The position numbers and the translations under genes are program-made. From a virus (Duplodnaviria; Caudoviricetes): 54,902 nt of DNA. Every line of letters starts with the position of its first letter. Within the stretch, counting starts at the first letter, position 1. The notes beneath the pieces are model-generated. The model was given only the letters and a program-made list of their open reading frames with translations. It was not told the DNA's origin and did no database searches. Positions 45,194-53,363 of this stretch are shown here, piece by piece. The stretch is from the IMG/VR virus record IMGVR_UViG_3300030372_004573, positions 1-54,902 of that record; one strand, given 5' to 3'.

Positions 45194-45406
45194 ATGCCCT
45201 CCCCAGACTGGGAGCAACTGTATAGAGAGAAATCTTTAGACCTTATCCGTTGCAGGATAAGGTGCTCTCTGTACAGGGAGGGAGTGGAAAAAACTTTATA
45301 CCACTTAAAAAAATGGGGTTATAGCCCTCACGATTCTTTAAAATCGCAACATCTAGCCGAGGACGGGGTGTGGGAGCGTATTGAAAACAAGAGATTGTCT
45401 CAATGA
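45194..45406 (+). CDS. Hypothetical protein
   Basis: 70-aa ORF starting 2 nt after the previous stop. Confidence 0.5.
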   Translation: MPSPDWEQLYREKSLDLIRCRIRCSLYREGVEKTLYHLKKWGYSPHDSLKSQHLAEDGVWERIENKRLSQ

Positions 45407-45428
45407 AAAATTAGTATATATTTAAGGC

Positions 45429-45734
45429 ATGGCTGAATTAAAAGGAGCAAAAAGAGTTTTAAAGCAAGCACTAAAGAATGCTAAAAATAAAAAACGGACA
45501 GGTAAAAAAATCCGTAAGTACGAAAAGTCTGAGCAATTTCGGGGGCCAAGAGATCCACGGTCTATGAAGGTTAAGAAGAAAAATTTACCAGAAGAGATGG
45601 GTGGAAAACTAAAGTTCCAAAAAGTACCTGAAATAGATGCGGTTGAAGCAATGGGCAAAAGTAAACAAATAGACCCTAAAAAGAGGGCACCTGTGCGTAG
45701 AAAATTAAGAGCAGATGACCCTGATGTAGATTAA
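45429..45734 (+). CDS. Lys-rich basic protein
   Basis: Composition. Preceded by TTGTCT-16-TATATT. Confidence 0.65.
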   Translation: MAELKGAKRVLKQALKNAKNKKRTGKKIRKYEKSEQFRGPRDPRSMKVKKKNLPEEMGGKLKFQKVPEIDAVEAMGKSKQIDPKKRAPVRRKLRADDPDVD

Positions 45735-45735
45735 G

Positions 45736-46044
45736 ATGGCGGGAAAGTTTAAAAGACTACCCTCTGGAAAAATAAAATATAGAGGAGAAACCTTTGCAGG
45801 TTTTAATAAAGCCAAGGGAACACCATCACACCCCAAAAAAAGCCATATTGTTTTAGCTAAAGAAGGAGAAAAAGTAAAAGTCATTAGGTTTGGTCAAAAA
45901 GGAGCTAGTACAGCAGGTAAACCAAAAGCAGGTGAATCACGTAGAATGAAGATGAAACGTAAATCTTTTAAAGCAAGACACGGAAAGAATATTAAAAAAG
46001 GAAAAATGTCAGCAGCCTACTGGGCTAACAAAGTAAAATGGTAA
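45736..46044 (+). CDS. Conserved basic phage protein
   Basis: Signature KSH.VLAK...IRFGQ.G...RKSFKARH...SAAYWA.KVKW, recalled as widespread in aquatic phages. Confidence 0.8.
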   Translation: MAGKFKRLPSGKIKYRGETFAGFNKAKGTPSHPKKSHIVLAKEGEKVKVIRFGQKGASTAGKPKAGESRRMKMKRKSFKARHGKNIKKGKMSAAYWANKVKW

Positions 46045-46045
46045 A

Positions 46046-46237
46046 ATGAGTTTATACGAAAACATACACAAAAAAAGAAAACGAATAAAAGCTGGAAGTG
46101 GAGAGAAGATGAGGAAGCCTAACTCTAAAGGAGCTCCTTCAGCACAAGATTTTAAAGATGCGGCAAAGACAGCTAAGTATACAAAAGGACAAAAGAAAGA
46201 GTTGAAAACAGCAAGTCGTAAATCAAGAATGTCATGA
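46046..46237 (+). CDS. Conserved small basic phage protein
   Basis: Signature LYENIHKKRKRIKAGSGEKMRKP.SKGAP...FK.AAKTAK. Confidence 0.8.
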   Translation: MSLYENIHKKRKRIKAGSGEKMRKPNSKGAPSAQDFKDAAKTAKYTKGQKKELKTASRKSRMS

Positions 46238-46290
46238 AATATAATAAACCAAAAAAACCAAAGCCTAAGCCTAAGCCAAAGCCATATTAA
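46234..46290 (+). CDS. 18-aa KP-repeat microprotein (MKYNKPKKPKPKPKPKPY)
   Basis: ATGA overlap with the upstream stop and next ATG 1 nt after its stop, so it exactly fills the gap. Confidence 0.6.
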   Translation: MKYNKPKKPKPKPKPKPY

Positions 46291-46291
46291 G

Positions 46292-46486
46292 ATGAAAAAA
46301 GGAGAAGAAGATTTCAAACCTCATTTAATGTTTGAACCTAAAACAGGTAAAAGCATGATGGCTGATTCTCATGAAGAGCATCTTATTTTTAAAAAATTAG
46401 GTTTAGTTCACGAAGACGAACTAGACATGGAGGGAAAAGACCCTTCCTTTCAACAGGCTGTCGAAAGCGCACTCGCTTCTTCGTAG
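46292..46486 (+). CDS. Small protein with a scaffold-like C-terminal motif
   Basis: FKPHLMFEPKTGK...A.SHEEHL...LG..H domain plus C-terminal SFQQAVESAL. Confidence 0.7.
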   Translation: MKKGEEDFKPHLMFEPKTGKSMMADSHEEHLIFKKLGLVHEDELDMEGKDPSFQQAVESALASS

Positions 46487-46491
46487 GTTGG

Positions 46492-46507
46492 TGTTCCATG
46501 TGGAACA
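46492..46507. promoter_or_regulatory. parS-like palindrome
   Basis: TGTTCCATGTGGAACA matches the parS variant TGTTCCACGTGGAACA at 15/16 positions. Intergenic. Confidence 0.55.
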
Positions 46508-46521
46508 TTTAAAATAGTAGT

Positions 46522-46550
46522 TTGCATACCTTAATATTTAAGGTTAAGTT
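46522..46550 (+). promoter_or_regulatory. Capsid promoter with a palindromic 17-bp spacer
   Basis: TTGCAT-ACCTTAATATTTAAGGT-TAAGTT. Confidence 0.6.
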
Positions 46551-46561
46551 TCTGATGTCTA

Positions 46562-46699
46562 AGGTCGGTTGCTCTAGCCATTAATTAGTTCAGACCTAAA
46601 ACACACTAAGAATTTTGCGGTTGCTCTAGCCTTAAATAGTTCTAGTCAAGATTCAATTAACTTTGAAATAGACCACAATCCATCGATATGGAGTGGTCT
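46562..46699 (+). ncRNA. Candidate structured 5' leader RNA of the capsid gene (tandem motif plus hairpin)
   Basis: Two CGGTTGCTCTAGCC-(5-6 nt)-TAGTTC units enclosed by different outer stems, then an AGACCAC/GTGGTCT hairpin. Confidence 0.5.
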
Positions 46700-46701
46700 G
46701 C

Positions 46702-46726
46702 CTTAACTTAACTTAACTTAACTTAA
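46702..46726 (+). repeat. (CTTAA)x5 microsatellite before the capsid start
   Basis: Directly visible in the sequence. Confidence 0.95.
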
Positions 46727-46743
46727 ATTTAGAAACAAATAAA

Positions 46744-48096
46744 ATGGGCGCAGATTTTATAGCACCAAATACATTCGAGACCGATGCGGGAGCAGCTATT
46801 GATGCCGTATTGACTCAAGAAGCCAATAGAATTGGCGGAGACATCCATAAGGCAACTCTCCACACTTCACCGTGGATAGACCTTATTAAACAATCTACAT
46901 TTCCTGAGGGAATGGGATATCAACTAAGCACACTCATTTATGATCGTGCGCTTCCTTTACAAGCAGAGGGTATTCATCTTCATGACACCATTGCTGGAAT
47001 TGGAGCCAACTGGAGAGCGATGGGCACAACCCACGGCACTGCCCTTAATGGTAATACTGCGGGACAGCTTGATCAACTTGGAGACGTTGCTGCTGGAAAA
47101 TTTTCTGGATCAGGAGATGCTTCAGGAGATGTTAACTTAATTGACTTCACTAAGACTCTCAAGAACTACAGCCTAGAAAGAGCTATCGTTGAATCACCAC
47201 GTATTAATGTGGAAGAACTTCGTTACGCTGCTCACCGTACAGAACAGCTTCGTGCCATTATGGATCTCCTTAAAGAGGCCACCCGTAATGTTTGGGAAGG
47301 CCGTTATCGTGATGAGTATGGTAAGATGTGTGATAACATCGTTTACGCTAAGACTGCTTCATCTTCCACCCAAACAGGTATAGAAGGAACAGCCCTTAAT
47401 GCCATCGATGTAGACACTGGTGATGGGTCTGATGACTCCTCTCTTGATGTTACAGCAAACATCTCTAACAAGCTTCTTGATGATATTTACTTCAAGCTTG
47501 TAAGAGCGGGTGCGGGATCTAATGCATATGGCCGTGAAAATGGTCGTCCTGTATTCTCTGTTGTTTGCTCATCAGAAGCATCTTATCAGTTGATGACTGA
47601 AGCTGGATTCCGTGACGATGTACGTTACAACAACGCTAAAGTTTCTGACCTTATTGCTCCATTAGGAGTTGAGAAGAGCTTTAGAGGTTTCTACCACTTG
47701 ATAGATGACCTTGCACCACGTTTCACATTTAGTGGAAGTACAACTCTAACTGAAGTACAGCCATATAAAGCTCAAAGTGCTAGTGGTGGTGACAGTAACA
47801 AAGTTATTGTTAATACTGCTTATGATACTGCTGACTATGAGGCTGCCTTTGTTCTTGTTGATAACGTAATGGAGTCTTTGATTCCTGCACCTATCACTAA
47901 TGCTAACGGGTTATCATTTAACCCTGTTAACTATAAGGGCGACTTTAAGTGGACTAACATCCCTGATGTTAGCTTGAATCCTGATGGAACCATTGGTTTC
48001 TTCAGAGGTATTCTTGCTTCTGCGTCTAAGCCGATTAAGACTAACTTTGGTTATATTATTCTGTTCAAGCGTACAAGCACTACACCTGCTGCTTAA
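46744..48096 (+). CDS. Major capsid protein
   Basis: 450 aa, downstream of portal and scaffold. Own promoter, long structured leader, downstream hairpin, and a G.F.W.N...NPDGTIGFFRG C-terminal pattern. Confidence 0.8.
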   Translation: MGADFIAPNTFETDAGAAIDAVLTQEANRIGGDIHKATLHTSPWIDLIKQSTFPEGMGYQLSTLIYDRALPLQAEGIHLHDTIAGIGANWRAMGTTHGTALNGNTAGQLDQLGDVAAGKFSGSGDASGDVNLIDFTKTLKNYSLERAIVESPRINVEELRYAAHRTEQLRAIMDLLKEATRNVWEGRYRDEYGKMCDNIVYAKTASSSTQTGIEGTALNAIDVDTGDGSDDSSLDVTANISNKLLDDIYFKLVRAGAGSNAYGRENGRPVFSVVCSSEASYQLMTEAGFRDDVRYNNAKVSDLIAPLGVEKSFRGFYHLIDDLAPRFTFSGSTTLTEVQPYKAQSASGGDSNKVIVNTAYDTADYEAAFVLVDNVMESLIPAPITNANGLSFNPVNYKGDFKWTNIPDVSLNPDGTIGFFRGILASASKPIKTNFGYIILFKRTSTTPAA

Positions 48097-48103
48097 TTCT
48101 AAA

Positions 48104-48131
48104 GTGGGGTTCCCGTAAAAAGGAACCCCAC
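48104..48131 (+). terminator. Strong hairpin after the capsid gene (weak terminator or mRNA stabiliser)
   Basis: GTGGGGTTCC/GGAACCCCAC 10-bp stem with no clean U tract. Confidence 0.55.
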
Positions 48132-48159
48132 ATAATATTAATTTTAATTATTAAAAATT

Positions 48160-48735
48160 ATGCCAACTTTAGATGATACAACAACGCTACAAAAGAATGT
48201 AGCAATCGCAGCTAATGATGCTTTAACGATTGCCAACAAAGATTCAGCTGCATCAAGTCAGATACAACAAATACCTGCGGCTCTTGCGGTTGAGGGGTTT
48301 ACTCACGCTTGGGTGGTAAACTACGACAATGCAACACTAGCTGCTGATAGCTCAGGGGCTTGCGCTTTAAGTCTTTATACCTTTGCTGCAAATCAAATAG
48401 TAACTAAAGCTAGATTATTAGTAACGGAAGCATTCACTAACAGTGCTACCATGAACACTTGCCCGATTGATGTAGGACAGAGTGGGGACTCTGGCGATGA
48501 CGACATTATTGACGCTTGTGCTGGACACACTATTGGGTTTGAAGAAAACTCAGGGGGTTCTTTAACAGGAGACAATGAAGCTCAAAATTTCACGCCCACG
48601 GCCTCTGGAACTCTTGAGCTTACATTTACTCCAAGCGATAGTGCCACTTGTAACAACTTTACTGCGGGCCAAGTAGTTCTTTTAATGGCTATTACTACTA
48701 TAGCTGATTATAAAGACATTGTTCCTGCTACGTAA
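48160..48735 (+). CDS. Putative capsid decoration/cement protein
   Basis: Beta-rich, small-residue-rich protein (V.EAF...IDVG..D.D..ID...TAG.V) directly after the capsid gene. Confidence 0.6.
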   Translation: MPTLDDTTTLQKNVAIAANDALTIANKDSAASSQIQQIPAALAVEGFTHAWVVNYDNATLAADSSGACALSLYTFAANQIVTKARLLVTEAFTNSATMNTCPIDVGQSGDSGDDDIIDACAGHTIGFEENSGGSLTGDNEAQNFTPTASGTLELTFTPSDSATCNNFTAGQVVLLMAITTIADYKDIVPAT

Positions 48736-48755
48736 TCAATAACATAACAAATCAC

Positions 48756-48802
48756 AATAATCCCCGATCCTCTTGAAAAAGTAGGGGATCGGGGTTATTT
48801 TT
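48756..48802 (+). terminator. Rho-independent terminator
   Basis: CCCCGATCC/GGATCGGGG stem followed by TTATTTTT. Confidence 0.8.
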
Positions 48803-48821
48803 GTATGAACATTTAATTATT

Positions 48822-49319
48822 ATGCCAACTGTAGGAAAAAAGAAATTTAAATACGATGAAGAGGGTATGGCGGCTGCCGAAGCGGAAGCTGCTGACTCTG
48901 GACAAGAAATGAGCATGGTGGATAAAGTAGATGATACGTTATCTGGCTTAGGCTCCCCAGAAGAGTCCCCAGAACCAGAGATGATGGCTGAGGATGTGCA
49001 ACCAGATCTTGCTGAAGAAGTAGCTGAAGAGACGGAGGAAACAGGAATGCCTGATCAAGGTATGCTTATGCAATTGTTTAGGATTGTTTATAGGGAGGAC
49101 TTTGATCCTGCTAACCAGCAACACCAATCACAGCTTTCTGTTATAGAAAATACTCTCAATGACAATCCAGAAATGGTTGAGCGGTTAAAAGACGGAGATA
49201 TGACTATGACAGATTTTGCTTTAAGAGTTTACAAAGGAATGTCTCCTATGGGTGATCCCCCAACGACTTCTCCTCCTGTAACTCCAGAGGCTCCAGAAGG
49301 CACATCTTACTTTGCATAA
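48822..49319 (+). CDS. Acidic hypothetical protein
   Basis: MPTVGKKKFKY..EG..AA N-terminal motif plus an acidic body. ATG 48822 preferred over the track start at 48801. Confidence 0.65.
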   Translation: MPTVGKKKFKYDEEGMAAAEAEAADSGQEMSMVDKVDDTLSGLGSPEESPEPEMMAEDVQPDLAEEVAEETEETGMPDQGMLMQLFRIVYREDFDPANQQHQSQLSVIENTLNDNPEMVERLKDGDMTMTDFALRVYKGMSPMGDPPTTSPPVTPEAPEGTSYFA

Positions 49320-49861
49320 TGGCTCTCACTAATTTGACATTATCCCAGCAATTATCTGCTAACTTAACTTCAACGGGAATAAAAGGTAACATTCCTGTAG
49401 GAGGAACTAACAACACAGATATTACGGCTGAAGATGCAGACTACATATATGAGTTTGTCATTGAGTCAGGACATGCAGATAATCAAATAACTTGGAACTT
49501 AGGAACTAATCAATTAACCAGTACAGGTTCAGGAACAGCCCCCTATGTTAGTCAGACTTTAGGAGCGACTATTAGAGATGCTAACGGGGACGCAGTCCAA
49601 ACATCGGGTTCAGGAGATGATAAAGTTGTTGCTATATATTATGAGACTGAAGCAGCTAATACAGGAAACATACAAATTGCTTCAGGCACAGCTACTTTTG
49701 GGACTTTAACTCTTGATGCAGGCGAGGGAACTACTTCGGGAGTACGTGTACCACGATCTGCTTTAATTGTTCCTAGATGGGAAAACGCCACGGGGACTGT
49801 TACGTTTGATTTTTCCCAAGCAGGGGACAAGATAAAAGTAATTTACTTAGGTAAGACATAA
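49319..49861 (+). CDS. Putative virion structural protein
   Basis: T/G/S-rich beta-type composition in the late operon. Confidence 0.6.
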   Translation: MALTNLTLSQQLSANLTSTGIKGNIPVGGTNNTDITAEDADYIYEFVIESGHADNQITWNLGTNQLTSTGSGTAPYVSQTLGATIRDANGDAVQTSGSGDDKVVAIYYETEAANTGNIQIASGTATFGTLTLDAGEGTTSGVRVPRSALIVPRWENATGTVTFDFSQAGDKIKVIYLGKT

Positions 49862-49864
49862 TAA

Positions 49865-51226
49865 ATGGCTATTTCTTCTACAAGAAGGCAACGTATAATT
49901 GAGTTCTCAACTCCCAAAGTTGCAGATCTTGTAGTTGTTGAGCGGAAAGATGCTAGTAAAAACCTACGCTCTGCTGACTCTGCCGACGATACTACTTACG
50001 GCACACCTCATCCTGATACTAATAACTTTCCTAATTTTAAATTAGGGCTTATCAAAAACGATGATGATGAGCAAGGTCAGTTTCAATTATGGTATTATGT
50101 AAAAGATAGGGGTGAGGGATCGCAGGACGATTCTCAAGATGACTACAACTGGGAGTTTCAAGCTGCTGGCGTAGGTAATTCTAGATATGATAGTGTTGTC
50201 CGAACATACGTAATAGCTCGTTCGGACTACAATGAAGCAGATCCTGTAATTAACTCTGCTATGCCCATAACGGATAGTGACCCTTTTGAGTTAGCAGATA
50301 GTTATGTTCTCTTTGAAAAGAAACAAGTTCGTTCTGGAGATGAGACTTTAGATTCTTTGTATGTGGTAGAGCAAAGAACTTACGTTAAAAAAGTTCCTAT
50401 CCGTAGGATTGATCTAGACGAGACTTTTGATGAGCCTTTACGCTCTAAAGAAACAATCTTTTATAGAGGGGAGAATCCGACTAAGACAACAATTTTTGGA
50501 GAGACTGATAATGCATTACCGATGAACCCTGTTAAGAACACGGCTCAGACATTTGCTTTAGGTAAAACAGCTACTGTTACTGGGTCTATTCCTTTTTTCG
50601 GCACTAAGATAATACAAATTGGGAGTGGGTTAGATAAGTTTGGAGTCCTTTGCGAAGGCAGACAGATATCAGATAACTGGTACGCTGTAGCTGAACGTGA
50701 ATTAATTAAAACTGATGCAAACAACATTGTTGACACATACATTACATATCAAAACTTTTCTTGGCCCCCTGTCCTTTCTGGCATTGTCGTTGATCGCTGG
50801 ACTAGGCGTGATGGAGGTGCTGATCCTGTTGAATATCCTATATACAAGCGTGGTGCTTATTCTGGGCCAACTAGGGTTGAAGTAAAAATTTATTGGAAAG
50901 ATACTCCTTGGACTATAGGATCATCAGCTGATGGTTCAGACACTGAACTAGCTTTAATTAAGCCACTGCACCCTGAACCAATTTTATTCCAGTCTCCTAT
51001 TGCTAGTGTTAGTGTCCCTCCTACTCTCCATGAAAGATTTCGTATTGTAGCTGGTACAGGAACAAGTCATCCTGTATATACTTATAAGGGAACAACTTGG
51101 ACTTATAATGCTACAAACTATACGGACTGGCCTAATGAGTTAGTAATACAAGATTCTCAAAAACCTTATAGAGGGGGGTATTTAAGAGAAAGAATAAAAG
51201 CATTTATTCCAGAAGTAGGTGATTGA
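49865..51226 (+). CDS. Putative tail/virion structural protein
   Basis: YGTPHPD...FPNFKL motif and beta-rich sequence, upstream of the fibre gene. Confidence 0.6.
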   Translation: MAISSTRRQRIIEFSTPKVADLVVVERKDASKNLRSADSADDTTYGTPHPDTNNFPNFKLGLIKNDDDEQGQFQLWYYVKDRGEGSQDDSQDDYNWEFQAAGVGNSRYDSVVRTYVIARSDYNEADPVINSAMPITDSDPFELADSYVLFEKKQVRSGDETLDSLYVVEQRTYVKKVPIRRIDLDETFDEPLRSKETIFYRGENPTKTTIFGETDNALPMNPVKNTAQTFALGKTATVTGSIPFFGTKIIQIGSGLDKFGVLCEGRQISDNWYAVAERELIKTDANNIVDTYITYQNFSWPPVLSGIVVDRWTRRDGGADPVEYPIYKRGAYSGPTRVEVKIYWKDTPWTIGSSADGSDTELALIKPLHPEPILFQSPIASVSVPPTLHERFRIVAGTGTSHPVYTYKGTTWTYNATNYTDWPNELVIQDSQKPYRGGYLRERIKAFIPEVGD

Positions 51227-53325
51227 TGGCAGTTGATGAATTCAGTGATTATCCAGATACAGGAGCAAGTGGTTCTCAGGAATACACTTCGCCTGAAGAT
51301 GCGTCTATAGATTTTACTTCTCAAAACCCAAGAACTGATTATGAACCTCCCCAACCTGATGTTGATTATGGTGTGGGGGCTACAGGCAATGTTTCTACTT
51401 CGGGCAGAACAAATTCAGGCGGTGGTTTAGTTGCTCCTTTTATACATCCTTTTAAACTAGAAAAGTTTACTAATCCTGATGATAATTCTACAAAGGTTAG
51501 GATTTATGAGGGCGATGTATATGCGAAGATAGATACTTTCCAGTTAGATCTTATAAGTCTAACTACTTCTGTTGAATCTTATAGTACTGCTGACCCCCCA
51601 GCAGGCCCATCTACGAAGGAGCAGTCTCTTGGTAGTCATAGTATAACTTTCTCAGATGTAACAGCTCAAATGCCACAGCATCAACACGATGTAGATGGAG
51701 GAACAGTTCTTATACCACAACATAAGCACCTTGCTAGAGATTCATCTGAAGACGGTTTGGTTATGCCAAACCATAAACACGCTGCGGGTTCTAATTTAAC
51801 AGCTACAGCAGGGAGCACATCAGCAGACACAGGGTATGCAGGAGCTCATTCACATTCAGCAGGTACTTATAAAATTCCTGATCACCAACACATTCAAGGT
51901 GGTACTGCTAAAGCAAAGACAGGAACTGGATCAGGGGGGATAACAACAGGAACTACAGAAGACGCAGGAAGTCATTCACATGGTTCAGGTGGTTACAATA
52001 TCCCTGAGCACAATCACAAAGCACAAGAAGGAAGCAATAAATTATTAATCCCTCAACACACCCATCTTCCTAGAAATTCAGGTAGTGACGGCTTAGTCAT
52101 ACCAGACCATGTACATAGTGCGGGTACTGATAGTACTAATCTTAAAGCAGATAACCATACACATTCTATGGCTTATTCTGTTAATACGGGAACCGCTGTT
52201 AGTAGTGGCAGTTCGTACTCTCCTTGTAATGATACAGGTCATTATCATAATGTAGCTATCTCGCAAAATACAGGAAATATAAGTGTAGGGTCAAACATTG
52301 ATGTTTCAGGAGATACCGACGGAGTAAAAGATCACGATAGTTCAGATGGTTCTGAAAGGTTTGTTACAGGGAATACAGGAAACGTCGATACTTCTTCTAG
52401 CACTGCTTTAGAGATAACAGGAAACACTGGAGGATTATCTACCTCTACTCTTACCGCAGTAACAGGAACCTCCGCAGTCCAAGCTGCTCATGGACATACC
52501 TACAATAAAGATGATCATTCACATGATTTAGATGATAACACGCAAACGGGTAATATTTACGACAAAGCAAATAACGATCTGATAATAGGAAATTCCTCAA
52601 CCGAATCAAGCCATAAACACTCTTACACTAAAGATGATCATACACATAGTGTTACAGGAGACACGACAGAGGTTACAGACTACGATTCAGATGTTAATGA
52701 AAAGAGAGTAACAGGTGAAACAGGAAGCATTAAGAACTACAGTACAGAGGATAATAAAAAATGTACAGGTACAACAGGAGATGTAAGAGTTGGGTCTTCT
52801 TCAACTCTTCCTAATTTTACTATTTCAGTTTCAGGAAGTTCATCTTCATCAGGCTTAAATCATTCTCATTTAGTCCCTGCTTTAGAGAGCTCATCTACAA
52901 CACACAAGTTTGTAGCTATATCAGGACAAGCGGAAGCTCCCTTATCTACAGCTACTAATTTTGCAGGTACTTTTAATAAGCCTATTCAGCTTGATGATGG
53001 TACAGATACTGTGTTCATGTACCATGAGTCTTCTCATTCTAGCGGAGATTTCTACGTAAAATGGGTAATAACTATAAGTGAGGCTGCGGTAGTACAAAAT
53101 ATAGTAGGAAGTATAGAGCGAGTAGCCGTAGGCGCAGGAGCCCCCGCAGATATTTCCTTTGGTGCTTTAACTCAACATAATACTACTAAAGCTTTATCGA
53201 GAGATCCTGCTAGGTTAACAGGAACATTTCATCAGAAGATAGGTTCAGTAAGTGGGGACAGTGTAGACCAAAAACAATTTAGCAATATTAACTGGAGTAT
53301 GACGGTTTTACCTGCGGTTTCATAG
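51223..53325 (+). CDS. Tail fibre/needle protein with 16 HxH motifs
   Basis: Repeated P.HxH, HSH and TGxT motifs like the T4 gp37/gp12 metal-binding needle. HPFK head motif. Confidence 0.75.
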   Translation: MMAVDEFSDYPDTGASGSQEYTSPEDASIDFTSQNPRTDYEPPQPDVDYGVGATGNVSTSGRTNSGGGLVAPFIHPFKLEKFTNPDDNSTKVRIYEGDVYAKIDTFQLDLISLTTSVESYSTADPPAGPSTKEQSLGSHSITFSDVTAQMPQHQHDVDGGTVLIPQHKHLARDSSEDGLVMPNHKHAAGSNLTATAGSTSADTGYAGAHSHSAGTYKIPDHQHIQGGTAKAKTGTGSGGITTGTTEDAGSHSHGSGGYNIPEHNHKAQEGSNKLLIPQHTHLPRNSGSDGLVIPDHVHSAGTDSTNLKADNHTHSMAYSVNTGTAVSSGSSYSPCNDTGHYHNVAISQNTGNISVGSNIDVSGDTDGVKDHDSSDGSERFVTGNTGNVDTSSSTALEITGNTGGLSTSTLTAVTGTSAVQAAHGHTYNKDDHSHDLDDNTQTGNIYDKANNDLIIGNSSTESSHKHSYTKDDHTHSVTGDTTEVTDYDSDVNEKRVTGETGSIKNYSTEDNKKCTGTTGDVRVGSSSTLPNFTISVSGSSSSSGLNHSHLVPALESSSTTHKFVAISGQAEAPLSTATNFAGTFNKPIQLDDGTDTVFMYHESSHSSGDFYVKWVITISEAAVVQNIVGSIERVAVGAGAPADISFGALTQHNTTKALSRDPARLTGTFHQKIGSVSGDSVDQKQFSNINWSMTVLPAVS

Positions 53326-53327
53326 CC

Positions 53328-53355
53328 TTGAAAAATGCTTATTTTCTTTTATATT
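53328..53355 (+). promoter_or_regulatory. Sigma70-like promoter with a near-leaderless start
   Basis: TTGAAA-16-TATATT, with GTG start 8 nt later. Confidence 0.5.
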
Positions 53356-53363
53356 AAGGTATC

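Noticed and set aside
46566-46642. Two ~26-nt repeats separated by 26 nt as a mini-CRISPR array
   Set aside because: Only two imperfect copies, and the intervening sequence base-pairs with the flanks. A structured leader explains it better.
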